Assembly: GCF_009834535.1 (NCBI RefSeq)
Contig: NC_045707.1
Coordinates: 51,462,001-51,526,000 of the forward strand
From: Camelus ferus
Lineage: Eukaryota
DNA: 64,000 nucleotides
Direction: 5' to 3'
The position numbers and the translations under genes are program-made. The notes under the pieces were generated by a model, which did no database searches, had not been told where the DNA came from, and saw nothing but the letters and a program-made list of their open reading frames with translations. Shown piece after piece: positions 1-13,080 of the stretch. The number at the start of each line of letters is the position of its first letter. Position 1 is the first letter of the stretch.

Positions 1-1008
1 CTAATCCTTGCTGAGGGAAGAGATCAGTTATTTCACAGGACTTATTTGAAATGCTTTGCTGTGTGAATCACAGAAAGGAGGTTCTTATTTGGAACTGTGT
101 TGTGGTCTTTGTAAATTTGGTCCCTAAAATTTTGGAACAGACACATAAAATGTGCTGGCTAAATGATTCAGTGAAACATCACCTTCAACTTTTTTAGAGT
201 AATATATCTCTGAATAAATATTTTTGGTCTATTGAACACATTTCTTATATTTTTCATTTTGCAGCTTTTCTTTAGTCCTTTCTCTAAAAACAGCCCCAGA
301 AGATTCTTCTTGAATAATTTCTTATTTTCTTCTTCAAACTCTTTTTACTGAGTTAGTGTTTCTTTTTATTCCACTACTTTTGAGATTCCTGTTCTCACAG
401 TTATGACTTGACTCTAATTGTAAAAAGAATACAAGTATAAAAGTGTAGTTACCCTGTTGTGAGCATTACTGCAAAGAATGAATATCTGAGCAGAAAGAAA
501 AAAAAGGTTACAGGATATACTGTTTAGAAATGGCATTTGGGGTATTTCTGGACTGAGCTAGGAGAGGGTTTTGAGGCACCTGATTGATCCATGTGTACTT
601 TGAAGAACTTCAGAGTGAAAGGCATGGAGTAGTATTTATTGATCTTTGATGCTGACCTCATTCTAGCTTCATCTTGTTGTGAGCCTTGCAGTCTCCAATT
701 AACCTGCAAAGGGAAGTATCTCCTTTCTGGTTTTTAAGGACTCCAATAATGGCTCCAGAAGAAATTTGTCTTAAAAAGTTTCTTTTTAACTCAATGAGTC
801 AGAAAAAACCCAAATAATGTTCTTTTTCAAGTCCTAGAGTTGTGATCTTTATTTACAGCTTTTGGTTGTTAGCTACTGTGTGAAGGAGGCTGGGTGTTTG
901 AGATCAGCCTCTTACTTCTGCTGCTGCAGGAGGCCCTCCTTCATTCCTGTGCACACCTTAGGAACTTTGAACTTGGGGGGTGTGCCAGTTGATTGTTGCT
1001 CAGTACAT

Positions 1009-1030
1009 TGTGTGTGTGTGTGTGTGTGTG
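1009..1030. repeat. (TG)n microsatellite
   Basis: Uninterrupted TG dinucleotide run. Confidence 0.95.
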
Positions 1031-1544
1031 AATACACATACGCTTGCATGTGCATACAAGTTGAAAATACTGAAATTAAATCTCGTTCTTTTAGAGGCAT
1101 GTCAAACAAAAAATGAAAATGTAAGTTATATGTACTACTAATCTGTATGTACTTTGTGAAAGTACTGTCTTAGACGTGTAGTGTTGTGTGCTTTCTCTAA
1201 GAAAAGGGCACTTTTATTAGGTGACAACACTATATAGGCTGAGAACATGATCCTTGACATACACATCATCATTCATTGTCTCTATGAACAAATCTAAATA
1301 ATAGTCAGTGTCCTCATCCCCCAACCCCTTTTAGCTTGGCAGACCTGTCTTACGGTTTCTTACGCATGGTGAGTCACTCTCTGCACCTGCATAGGGTATT
1401 TCCAAGAAATATGTGGAGAAACTTTTCATTTTAACAAACCATGATTTAGACTCAAAGACAGCTGAAATGCTATTACTTTATTTATACTTCGAAGGGCTTC
1501 CTGCTTCTCACACATGATTTTCTAGTGGCAAGCCATGCAGATAA

Positions 1545-1640
1545 CTTCCCCATTTTCTAGATGAGGAAACTGAGACTCGGGGAAGCAGTGGCTGACATGT
1601 GACAGTGCCAGGACAGATATCAGGTGTTCTGGCAACACGT
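1545..1640 (-). mobile_element. MIR SINE core fragment
   Basis: cccattttctagatgaggaaactgagactc is the reverse complement of the MIR core. Confidence 0.7.
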
Positions 1641-2934
1641 CCATATCTAGCTCTGAAGAGTTACTTGGTTATTTTTGCTCAAGTAACTGAGTAGAAATGA
1701 CTACTGTTATTTTCCAAAAACAAACAAACAACAAACTGAAAAAAAAAAAACTGTAAGAAGGACTGGAGAGAATCTGCCTAAGAAGTAGTTGTTATGAGTT
1801 AAATTGAAGTTAATATAGAAATAAAAATACACACTAACACTTCAATGTTTAATGTCCCCAGTGTCTTTTTATGCCAGAAGTCCTTACCGTGATCAGTGCC
1901 TAATTAGATAAATAAAATGACTACAAATGTTTGTATTTGTTCCCTATTGGAAACTAAAAGTCCTCTCCAAATCCAAACAGCTGATATAGTGAACAAGTAC
2001 ATTTTCAAGTTCCTCAGAAAGCTTAGGTTGGGTTGTTGAATGTAGAGGAATTGTTCTTTGTAATGAAATCAATAGTTTCACTTCCAAATTTATTAATTAC
2101 ATTGTATTTTTATATCGAAATAGCCAGAGAGTTAATACAAATAAAAATTACCTTCAAGCTTTACTGAATATTTAAATAGCTTTTGATGAGAAATATTGAA
2201 TGAAAATGCAGTATGAAGTTTGCAACATAAACTAAACTGTAAAATATAGTGTTTAGGATATACTGATAGGTAGAACTTTGTATGTTTTCATTTGAAATGA
2301 TAAATAAAGTTTGACAGCAGTATCCCATATTTAAATATCTTTTTCTTATAATTAAAAAACAGCATTTTTTGAATATTATAAAAAAACAACTCATGTTCTT
2401 GCTTAAAAATATGTGACTCCAAATATTATTCACATCCTAAAAAATGAATAAAAATAAAGTCTTTAGAGTCAATGCCAAGAATAAATGATGGCTTAGAGTT
2501 AACAATAATCTAAAGAATCTTGGTACTTTTAAGGAACCTCAGGAACTTCTAATTTATTAAATTCTTCTGCAATCAAGAATGACCTTCATAAAACTCCTTA
2601 AGCTAAATCCAGTGATGTTAGATTCCTGGTAAGAATTTCCAGCAGTGACAGCCAATATTCTACTCTTCTCTTGATTCCATTATTCCAATAAATTTATTTT
2701 AAAAGATCATATTAACCAAATTATAAAATATTTAAATGTATTTTCTTTTGGAAACATTGAATTGTAGTGTTCAAGAACAATGTTTTGTTTTTATTTCTAG
2801 ATTCATAGATGAACATTGGGAGTCATTGTGATGGATATGACCATATCAAATTCCTAATTCTGTTCATGAGTATGCTGGATTTATTTCTTAATAATTTGCT
2901 GTAAATAGATTTTAGCATACTAATAAGTAAAATT

Positions 2935-3120
2935 TTCATAGTCAGAGGCTTGGGCTTGGGTTAGCAGCTGGATTTGAATCCTTGCTGGACTTCTTACTAT
3001 CTAAGAGACTAGGGTAAGTCTAGTAACTTCTCTTAATCCACATTTGCCATAAATGGGGATAAAAACAACACTGACCTTAAGAATATGTTGTGAGAATTAA
3101 ATAATTTAAGTGCCCAGTAA
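2935..3120 (+). mobile_element. MIR SINE
   Basis: tttgaatcc...cttactatctaagagactagggtaagtc...taaatggggataa...ttgtgagaattaaat follows the MIR layout. Confidence 0.65.
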
Positions 3121-3514
3121 ATTATTTTTTTTTCTTTCACGTAACACATACTTTTTAATTGCTTTAAAATTTTTCTTCTCTGTGCTATTTCTGCTACATC
3201 TAAAGCTATGATATTTGTTTTTCTCCAATTTTTGTACATAACATCTTGAAAGACTCTCTACAGTCAAAATCTTCCAGAAGGGGAGTTACTCACAAAACTC
3301 TCACTTTTTATCCCTTCTTTAGTCTAGCATCTGCGTCAATCACTGAAATGAAATTTTCTCATAAATTCCCAAACTTCAAGGGTACTGTTTCAACCTTTAT
3401 GCTTCTGACTTGTCTGCCATATGGGTTATTTTGCTATCCACTATTTTCAAAGGCCTGCTGTGGTTTCTTTGGCATTGTGCTCTCTCCTCTGCCTTTCCCT
3501 ACTTTAAAAAGCAA

Positions 3515-3730
3515 TATGGCTTAGTGGTTTAAGAGAGCAGATTCTTGAAATAAATAGTTTTCGTATCCTAGCCCACAACTTACTAGCTGTATGACCCTAA
3601 GAAAGTCAGTTCAAGTCTCTCTGCTGCTGCTTCTGTGCAGTGAAGCTAATTGATATGTCAGGAGATTAAATGTGTTAACACATGTAAAATATTCAGAACA
3701 GTGTCTGTCACATAAGTATTTGCTATTATC
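3515..3730 (+). mobile_element. MIR SINE
   Basis: ggcttagtggtttaagagagcag...acttactagctgtatgacc...acatgtaaaatattcagaacagtgtctgtcacat. Confidence 0.7.
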
Positions 3731-4169
3731 TCTTACACAGTAAAATCTCAATTATTAATTATGTATAAAAAGAGAAATCAAAATAATCTATAATGAAATT
3801 TATCACTAATTTGTAGAGTATTTATAATTTTTTCCTTTGCACTTTTCTAAATTGTTCTTATTTTCTGCAATGAGAATCAATCACAGTAAAATAAGAAAAT
3901 GTCACAGTTTAAACAAATTGTTGGAGTAATCAGAAGCAAACCTTACATTGGAACTACTACTTCCTTAGCATCATACTTCATTTCTTATAACTTTCTTACA
4001 GAGATGAGAGTATAAAAATCCATATTTAACAAGAACTATGTTCTACTAAAAGAACATATTTGGAAACATTGAACAACTGTCCACTAGAACAAAGCCTCCT
4101 GGTGTTCCATTATCAAAATGATAGCACTGAGTGTTGGCAGTGTCCCAGGTTGCTATGGCAGATTCTGAT

Positions 4170-4328
4170 GGAGATAATTTCAGTTCTTAGTTGCACATGA
4201 ATATGAGAGTGGTTGCAAATAAAACCCCCTGAAATTATATCCAAAATATTGTATTATGCTACATTCTTCTAGCTTTCATCAGATTCTCAAAGTATTGTGA
4301 TCTCAAAATTTCCAAAGATAAGAACTGC
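4170..4328. mobile_element. hAT-Charlie MITE (MER103-like) fragment
   Basis: tagctttcatcagattctcaaag...gataagaactgc resembles the MER103/Charlie terminal segment. Confidence 0.45.
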
Positions 4329-4424
4329 GGGACACCTATCTTCAAACTCATTCCTATTTAAATTTCATAAATGATAACATATCATCAGGAAATAATCAGG
4401 ATACCAAACATCTTAATTCTGTAA

Positions 4425-4452
4425 AGAAAGAAAGAAAAGAAAGAAAGAAAGA
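4425..4452. repeat. (GAAA)n microsatellite
   Basis: Imperfect GAAA run. Confidence 0.85.
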
Positions 4453-4821
4453 AAAAAGGAAAAATGTCATCAGATTATCATGATTCACATTTTGTGCATT
4501 TTTGTGTTTTCCAAATTTTCTATGAATCACGTGTGTTAACTTTTAGATGAGAAAAATAAAGTTATTTTACCTAAACACACAATCCAATATTCACTAGTAT
4601 ATTTCCATTTTTATGTACTTTCCTCTGCTCTCTCCCTTCCCTCCTCAGACAAAAAGGACTTGGTAAAGTTCTTCAACTTCATGAAGATAAATGAGATGCC
4701 AACACTGGCAAACTGATGGTCTGTATCTTTCCTCTTCACTACCCCAGGCAGTAACAAGTTCTCCTTACATTCTGGAGTCTGGAGGGGCATGCTGCCCCTG
4801 GACAAGCCACAGGTCTCTATA

Positions 4822-5022
4822 TGATTTAAAGGTTAAGAGTGTGGGCTCTGGAGCCAAGGTACCTGGAATGCAAGGCCCACCACTTTTAGCTCAAAGTTTG
4901 TTTCTCTATCTGTAAAATGGGATAATAATAGCATGTACCTAATAACGCTATGAAATTAACAGAAGAAATGTAAGTAAAGTGCTACAAACAGTGTCTGGGC
5001 ATCTTAAGAATGCAATGAATGT
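4822..5022 (+). mobile_element. MIR SINE
   Basis: ggttaagagtgtgggctctggagcc...tatctgtaaaatgggataataatag...aaagtgctacaaacagtgtctgg. Confidence 0.8.
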
Positions 5023-5412
5023 CCTTCCCATCTTTCTGCTCATTTTCTTTACATGTATCCTTTCATCATACCCCTTAGGGTAACATATTATAAACTTTAC
5101 CTTTCCTTTTTTAAAATCTCTTCCTCTTTCCCATAAAAATACACTCATTTTGTGCATCACTTCAAGGATTTACAGTACTCTAGTGATTTAAAGAGATAGC
5201 ATTTATCAGTCTTCATATAATCTCTTTATTATATCATGTGGGAACTTGATGGATTAATATGTTAGTTGTCTAAGAAGTGCTAAAATCAATGGGTTGAAAT
5301 TAAGCTTAGGCATTTTTGGTTCAATTGTAGGCTGGTCAGAAAGATACGTACAGAGAGGCCATACCTTTTAAATTGTGTTATCTTATACAGGGTTGTTAAC
5401 CATAACTTGTTT

Positions 5413-5462
5413 ACTGCCACCACTACTGCTACTACTACTACTGCTACAACCATTACTACTGC
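5413..5462. repeat. Imperfect (CTA/CTG)n trinucleotide repeat
   Basis: ctactgctactactactactgctac; produces the poly-Leu stretch in the ORF track. Confidence 0.8.
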
Positions 5463-5523
5463 TTATGCCGCCACCACCCCCCTGCCATTCCATGTGCATT
5501 CTACTACTGAAAAAAGTAATACG

Positions 5524-5952
5524 TGCTGTAATTCATTGTGTCCTTGTCTTAATCTCTGGAATGTGTGATGAATATGTTACCTGGCATGACAAAAGGAACT
5601 TTGCAGATGTGATAAAGATTCTTGATAAAGGGAGATTATCCTGGATTATCCAGGTGGGTCTAATATAATCACGGGGACCTTATGAGAGAGAGGCAGGAGA
5701 GCAGAGCAACAGAAAGTGATATGACAATGGAAACAGGAAGAAGTAAGGCATGTAGCTGTAGAAGCCAGGAAAGGCAAGGAAAAGGATTCTCCTTTCAGAG
5801 ACTCCAGAAGGAAACGGCCCTGCTGATACCTTGACTTTAGCCCAGTGAAACTGATTTTGGGTTTCTGACCTCTAGAACTGTAAGGTAATAGATCTATGGT
5901 TGCTTTAAGATACCAACTTTGTAATTCTTTACAGTGGTAACAGAAAATGAAG
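5524..5952 (+). mobile_element. MaLR solo LTR, MLT1D-like
   Basis: aaaggaactttgcagatgtgat...gggagattatcctggattatccaggtggg...ggaaaggcaaggaaaaggattctcc...ttctgacctctagaactgtaag. Confidence 0.85.
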
Positions 5953-6029
5953 AAGACTGTTTTCTATGTGCCAAGCTTTGGACTGTGACCTTGGCATGCA
6001 TAATCTCAGCATTCACAGCAATCCTGAGA

Positions 6030-6131
6030 CGTCCTGGTTTAGAGGAAGGGCATTCGGTTTGTATACCAGATCTACCTAGTTCTTGGTTTTTATAAAGTGC
6101 ACACTCTACACAATTGTACACAGCAGTCCTG
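6030..6131 (-). mobile_element. hAT-Tip100 MITE (MER91-like) fragment
   Basis: agtgcacactctacacaattgtacacagcagtcctg resembles a MER91 terminus. Confidence 0.45.
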
Positions 6132-9100
6132 ATTACAGAATTCTGGGTCCAGCAGCAGATTTTTAGGGGACACATTCTTCATGTAAATTAAAGTGCTTAT
6201 TAATTCAAACTGGAGTTTTATTTTAGGCTAGATAGATGATAAGTTAAACCACTTTGAATTCACCTTTGCCTCCTAATGCTCAGCCTAAGAAATTAAAGTT
6301 CTGAACAAATAGCATTTTTCTGCAGCACAAGAGAGGATAGAGACATAGCTTCTGGATAGATAGACGTCGTAGAACTAGAGATATTTTGACAAAAAATAAA
6401 ATTGAAAATAAAACACGAAGCTGCAAACTTACATATATGAACAGCCTAGCTGTTGGATCAGTCTGAGAATAGAAGTATCTGCAAAGGTTGCAGAATTCCA
6501 TTATGAAATTTGTAGAATGTTACTATGTCATGTAGTATACATCTTTTACATCTTCCCTTTGACACATGCAGATGAAGAAGTTCCTGGTGTGATTGCATTT
6601 ATGCAGAAGTTGATGGCTGGGTGTTAAAATGTGAAAAGTGACAGTGACCCTTCAAGAATAAAAAAAAAAGTTCAGAATACTGATGAGAGAAGATAGTGTA
6701 AATGTAGACTTGGTAGGCATAGCTTTTATTTTCCTATCCTAACTTTGACAAAAACATCATACCCTGAAAATGGTACCTAAAACACATAAGAAAAGGCCAA
6801 ATTATGTGGGGCTTTGACAGAATATTACATGCAAATAGTGGGCTTTTTCTAGAGCCTTTCAGTTTGCATTAGTTTTAAAAAAATATATCATGCACAACTC
6901 ATGAATATTCTGATTTTTAGTACACACCAATGTATGACTTTTGTAAATGGTCACAGGTGCAGATTTTTGCAGGAGCAATCATGCTTACTGCTGTGATTGG
7001 AAATGCTATGCATATAAAAGGAAGAGGTGGTATGGTTTTATAAATGTGTAGACTGAATCTTTCTACTTTATTCACAATTTACACTTGAACCAAAATGACA
7101 TTGTGAATTTCATGTCTAAAATAAGGAAGGGACATGCGAATATTAAATAGGTGCTTGTATACAAATGTTGGAGGAATGTTTACATGCATGCTAAAGAGTG
7201 TATATTTCAATAGTTTTGCACCTGAAAAATGAGGAGAAGTTTATAGCAAGTAAAGAATTTGGTGCTTTGAATACTGGATTTACTCTGATGGAGTCCAAAT
7301 AGGCTTGCATCTGGTTAGAACTTATAGGGAAAACCCCCAAGAAAAAGGCAATGAGAAATATGAGACTGATTGGAGGACCCATTAGAAATGTATCTTGCAG
7401 GTAGGAGATGTTTAGCAGATAGACAGGTGCTCCCATAATATTTTGGCATAGAATTTCTGGTTCAGTGTATTTCCGGATATGATTCTTCCTGAGGAAGGAT
7501 TTTTGTTGTTGTTGTTGTTTAATGCTTATTTATTTTCTCTGGAGAATTGGATTTTATGATTTTATTACACTTGCAAGGCAAACTTCTGTGATTACAAATT
7601 CTGTTGTCCTTGAAATGAAACTCTCCCTCTAATAATACTAATATTTGTATCAAGTGCTATAAACATGTATAAAGCTGTTAGATGCTTTATCTGCATGATC
7701 TCTAATCCTAATTAAAAACTCCTTAATATCGATATTATTAATACCCATCTCCATACTATTTTCCATGACTATGTCTAATGTAATTGGCTTAATGCATAGT
7801 GTCAGGTGGCATACTCCTGTTTTCCTATTTGAAATAGCGTACAAGTACTCTTATGGAAAAAATGTATTTGGGAACTGAACTTACCAAAAACAGTAAACAA
7901 CGCACATATCATCTAGTAAGTACATGGACTAAACAATGAAACTGAGATCTCACAGATGACTCTGACCATAAAACCTTTTTCATGTCAGCAGATATTATTG
8001 CCCTTTTCTCAGTTTGCACATCAGCCTATGAGTCCTTGGGAGACCCTTGCTTCTGTACTCAGGCTGCAGCATCCACAGATCTTCCAGGGATTCAGTGCAG
8101 CATTTCAGTACTTTCCCCACCCATGCTTGACCCGTCATTAGGGAGAGGGGGTAGTTTATATTCAGAAATAGAATGGACTTTGTGGTCTACGTAAGAAGGA
8201 GTTCTTTCTGCCTTTTCAAAGTTCAAGTCTAGAAAAAAAACAGAGCTTCATTGTTTGAAGGTGACCATGAATTTTTCTTCAGGCTCATTTCTGAGACAAC
8301 CACCATCTTTCCTTTTCTCCACTGCTGTGAACCTTCAACTGCTTTCTCATTAGCTCAGACTCCTCTGCCCTTGATTCCTGCTTTCTTGGAAACCGGAGGC
8401 CACAACTTTTAGTACTTGCTGCCTTGGCGTGCTTTCCACTTTCAGCACAAAGCCTCCCTGAATGTTCAGACACAAAACAATGAGTAGAGATTGGGGAAAT
8501 TAATTCATTTTCTAGGAAGTATTTCCTTTTACTGGCACTTATTTCTTTACCACACAAATTAGCTTTCCTGCTACCATCGCCAGCAAGTATCATTTCAAGT
8601 GTCTTTCTTGCAACTTTTGTTCCTCCAAAAATCTGGACCGTTTCTTCTGGTGGATCTCATTAGAAAATCCATATTATCTTTCTATTTTCAGTTTTTCTCT
8701 GCTATTATATTATTCTCTTTATTTTACAGATAACGTAACTTGTTCAGAGAGGTTCTTATCTGAAAAGAATGGAGCAATACATTATCTCACTCATAGGACT
8801 GTTGAGAAGATTAAATTACTTAATGCATATGAAGGGTTCTGCAAGAACTCAGTAAATCCTATAAAATATATTGTTATATTTTTATGTTCATTATTAAGAA
8901 CATAGATAAACCAGATATTAAATGGTAGTGTTGGTGTTTGAGTGGGTTCATTTCCATCATAACTTCCTTTTGATGGAAAGCACATTTTTTTTTGAAATGT
9001 ACTATCTGATGATGTAAAACTTTCAGAGATGGGATAAGATGGACTGTGGCACAATCATCTTTAACTTATTTTCAATTATATCAACACATCGCTTGTGAAA

Positions 9101-9459
9101 CATTAAAAATATGAAAAAAAGTGTTGAAATAAAATCAGTCCATAACATTTTAGCTGTTCAATAATCCCAGAGTAGATTACTATTGATTAAAAACATTTAT
9201 TTGAAATCAGAAAGGCATTCGTTTATCTTTCTTTTGTTTCTGTAGTCAGAGTCAGTTATTAGAATGAATCCGCGTTTGAAGTTAGACCTGACATTGCCAC
9301 TTATCAGCTCTTATCTTAGGCACGTTTATCTCTTTAATTTCCTCAACTGTAAAGGGATGATCATCAAAATAGATCAGAATTAACTGAGTTCACGGGAAGT
9401 TTGTTCTAAGCACTTTACACTGATGATCTCAGATAATTCTCATGACAAACCCTACAGAG

Positions 9460-9615
9460 CAGAGGTCTCAATTCTAGATAAACGTTGGAATCATGAGGAG
9501 ATTCTTACCAAATAATAAAACGAAGATTCCCAGGATGGGGTTGGGGATGCTGGCATGAGATACTTTCTGTTTCCAAAGTGAGTCTAATGAGCAGCTCAGG
9601 TTGAGAAACATCTAA
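9460..9615. mobile_element. hAT-Charlie MITE (MER5-like)
   Basis: ggtctcaa...ttggaatca at the left end and gagtctaatgagcagctcaggttgagaaacatct at the right end. Confidence 0.55.
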
Positions 9616-9639
9616 ATAGAAGTGAGTACTGTTATTCTT

Positions 9640-9923
9640 CCGTTTTTCAGAGGCAGACCACATTCCTTGGCTTGTGTCCTCCCTTCCATCTTCAAAGCCA
9701 GGAGTGACTGGTTGAATCTTCCCCACACAGCATCACTCTGACACTGACTCTTCTACCTCTCACTTCCACTTTAAAAAATTCCTCAGCTAATGCATTACAG
9801 TCTCCTTGTTTTAAGGTCAGCTGGTTAGCAACCTTAATTCCCCTGTGTGCTGTGGTATGATGTGTTCATAGGCTCTTGGGATTGGGTGTAGACATTTTTG
9901 AGGAGACATTATTCTACCCACAG
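9640..9923 (-). mobile_element. MaLR LTR fragment, MLT1D-like
   Basis: cacattccttggcttgtg...ccatcttcaaagccag...ttaaggtcagctggttagcaaccttaattcc...cattattctacccaca. Confidence 0.8.
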
Positions 9924-9924
9924 T

Positions 9925-12316
9925 CTCTTTTGATGGTTCTTGCTCTTCTTCAGACATCTCAATGTTATTGTGCTTAGAGCTTAGTTGTCTTCTCTCTCCT
10001 GTTTTCTTTCATTCTTTTGGTACTCTCATCTTTAAAAACCTGAAATGTCATCTATACACTAAAGAGTCTCAAATTTATATCTCTAGCCCCAATTTTTTTT
10101 ATCTTCCAGACTAATATATTCATGTACTTGACATCTCTGTTAGATATTAGTAGATATTTCTAACTCAATGTATTTTGTAAATGGAAATATTGATGTATAC
10201 CCTAAACATACCTCCCTCAGATTCACTTGACCTCATAACCTTCCTCATCTCATGTGATGGCAAATCCATTTTTACTGTTTGCTGAAGTCAAATATCCTAG
10301 AATTGTCCCTGGCTCTTGTCTTTCTCTCACACACCATCCCCAATCCATCAGGAAATATAGTTGGTTAGTCTTCAAAATACAGGCTTACCCTGAAGGGTAT
10401 CTCTTGGTTAACATTTTCAGTAAAACAGGTATCTCTTGATTTTTATGTCAAACTTTGGGGAATGTATGTATCTCTCAAAGAAACACTCTTCAGATGACTT
10501 TTACATAGAAAAAAATTATACCCAGATTCCCAAAACACAATTCAATAAAATATTTAACATTTTAACAAATTGATGTGTGGGGAAAATCTTGAATGCATTC
10601 CAAATACAGTTCATAAAATGTTAGAATTATGTAGAGACATTTAGAAAAGAGCTTCAATACAAAAAGACCAATTCAAAAAGATACATACACCCCAGTGTTC
10701 ATAGCAGCATTATTTTCAATAGCCAAGACATGGAAGCAAGCCAAGTGCCCATCAGCAGATGATTGGATTAAGAAAATATATATACATATATATTTATAAA
10801 ATGGAATATTACCCAGCTATTAAAAAGAATTAAATACTGCCATTTGCAGCAGTGTGGATAAACCTACAGAATATTATGTTTAGTACAATAAGTCAGAGAA
10901 AAACGAACACTATATGATATCACATATGTGGAATCTAAAAATAATACAAATGAATGTATATACAAAACAGATATGGACTCACAAAGAAAACAAACTTGTG
11001 TTTACCAAAAGGAAGAGAGAAAAGGAAAGGGCCAAATTAGGGGTATGAGATTAACAGATACAAACTACTATATATAAAACAGATAAGCAAGCAAGAATTT
11101 ACTGTACAGCACAGAGAATTATACTCACTATCTTATAGTAACATATAATGGAATATTATCCTCAGAAATACTGAATCACTATGCTATACATCTGAAACAA
11201 ACATAATATTATAAATCAACTGTACTTCAATTAAAAAAAAGTTTCAACAAAGAATGACTCCTCAGATTTTTCTAGTACTAACCAGTGAAATTACTGACAA
11301 AATGAATCTTTGTCAGTGTTCATATTGTTTGGTAGTCACAAGTATTTTGCAACCTGACATAATTTATTACTTGTAGACAGTCTTTTTTATTATGTTTTAG
11401 TTATTGTGTTTTGATAGTTTAAAATAATTTAAATAAAGTCTAAAAATTTAAATTACTAAATAATTTAAATAATGAGATTTAAATAATTTAAAATAATGAA
11501 AAAGAACATTTGGGGGTAGGTAGTCTGGCTTTCAGGAGCGGGTTAATCATATTAAGAAGTTGTTGCTCATACATCCAGAATCTGACCACTTTTCAGCACC
11601 TCTCCTGCTCCTGCCCTGCTGTGAGCTGCCAGCATTTCTCATGGGATTACTGCATTTAGCTTCCCAGCAGGTCTTGCTGTTTTAACTTCATACCAGTCTT
11701 TTCTCATGTCTCTTCTCTGCTCAAAACCCTGCAGTGGCTCCTCTTGCCCATAAAAGCCAAAGTTCCTACAGTGGTCTACAAGGATCCATGTTATTTCCCT
11801 CTCTCCCACCCTTGCCATTTGGACCTGTTCCACTGTCTTCCCATGGATAGCTCTGTTCTGTCACAGAGAATTCTTCCTATTTCTCAAATACTCACACGCT
11901 CTCACACCTTAGGCCTTTTGCCCTCCTGTTCCCTGAGCCTAGAATGCTCTTCCTCATGGTACCCTCAGGGTGTTCTCTTCTCAGATCTCACCTCCAGCAT
12001 GAGGCTCACCCTGACTAGCATATTTAATATTGCAACTCGCCTTCTCTTCTACCCTCTACTCCTCACCCTCCTTAAATCACCTTCCTTTCTTTTTTTTTCC
12101 CCTCCAGTAGTATTGGACATTCTCTATCATGCTGTATAATTCACTCACTATGTTTAGTCTTTACTGTTTACCTCCCATCAGCTGTAAGATGAGCTCCACG
12201 AGGGCAGAGATTTTTTTTTAGTGATGAATATCAAGTACATAGAACAGTGCCTGACACCCTGATACATAGCAATGATCAATAATTAATTAAGTTAATAATT
12301 TAATTAATAAATGAAT
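9925..12316 (+). mobile_element. L2 LINE 3' region, split by an insertion at 10382-11568
   Basis: ctcaaatttatatctctagccc...ttcaaaataca // tccagaatctgaccactt...ctctgctcaaaaccctgcagtggctcc...agaacagtgcctgacac and an AT-rich L2 tail. Confidence 0.85.
10658..11240 (+). mobile_element. 5'-truncated L1 3' end (cetartiodactyl type)
   Basis: ccccagtgttcatagcagcattatt...atgtggaatctaaa...aaatcaactgtacttcaatt plus poly(A); approximate TSD aaaagagcttcaa / aaaaaagtttcaa. Confidence 0.9.
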
Positions 12317-12408
12317 TTTCCCAATATTTCACAGTATTAGTGGAGCTATGATTGAACACCAGGAGTCTGCTAACTTCTGAGCCTGTGCACTTAAATTCTC
12401 TCTCTTTC

Positions 12409-12431
12409 TGTGTGTGTGTGTGTGTGTGTGT
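12409..12431. repeat. (TG)n microsatellite
   Basis: TG run preceded by (CT)n. Confidence 0.9.
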
Positions 12432-12929
12432 ATGTCTATGTCTACATATGTATTTAAATTTATTATTTATTTAATCTTTTGAACAATTGTAATAGAAAAC
12501 CAATCATTATACATATGGTAGAAAATCTACTAAAACAAAAATAGATATAGGGAATGTTTTTAGGCTGAAACAAGAAAACTATTTTACTGTGGGAAGCTGT
12601 TTCAGCTTCAAAATACTTTTGAAAATATTTTGAAGATTAAGTTATTTATTATATAAATGATTTAAACCACACTTGAAATATAGTAGGTGTTCAAAAGGGA
12701 AGCTATTAATATTTATAAAACATGAACAATGATATTTATTGATTAGGTGGCTTTAAGAATTAAACGCCATGATCTGTCTACATAGACATTATTAGTATGT
12801 TCCCTCCCCTTCCCCTCCACCCCCTATATTCAAGTTCAACATACTGGAAATTATAGCTATCACAGTGTTCATTTACTGTTTACTACAAAAACACAGACTG
12901 AAGCCAGAGACAGTTTCTTGTTAGAAAGG

Positions 12930-13080
12930 GAGTATGATGTAGTGGAAATTACATGGATTTGGGGTCAATAAAAATGTCAGTTTTTCAGTTATTAATTCTA
13001 GTTTTCTCAACTGTAAAACAGGGATAATACTACAAACCTTCTAGCACTGCTAACAAGATTAAGAATTAAGACCATGTATA
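12930..13080 (+). mobile_element. MIR SINE fragment
   Basis: gatgtagtggaaa...gttttctcaactgtaaaacagggataatactac. Confidence 0.55.

Noticed and set aside
845..1127. Plus-strand acceptor/donor pair around an 84-aa ORF
   Set aside because: Contains a TG microsatellite and gives an unrecognisable peptide; likely chance signals
5375..5668. Poly-Leu/Pro ORF resembling a signal peptide
   Set aside because: Produced by a CTA/CTG microsatellite running into an MLT1 LTR
8285..8593. 102-aa minus-strand ORF or possible processed pseudogene
   Set aside because: No recognisable protein family, poly(A), TSD or splice signals; a BLASTX would be needed to exclude it fully
11744..12139. 131-aa plus-strand ORF
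   Set aside because: Lies in pyrimidine-rich L2 sequence; chance ORF
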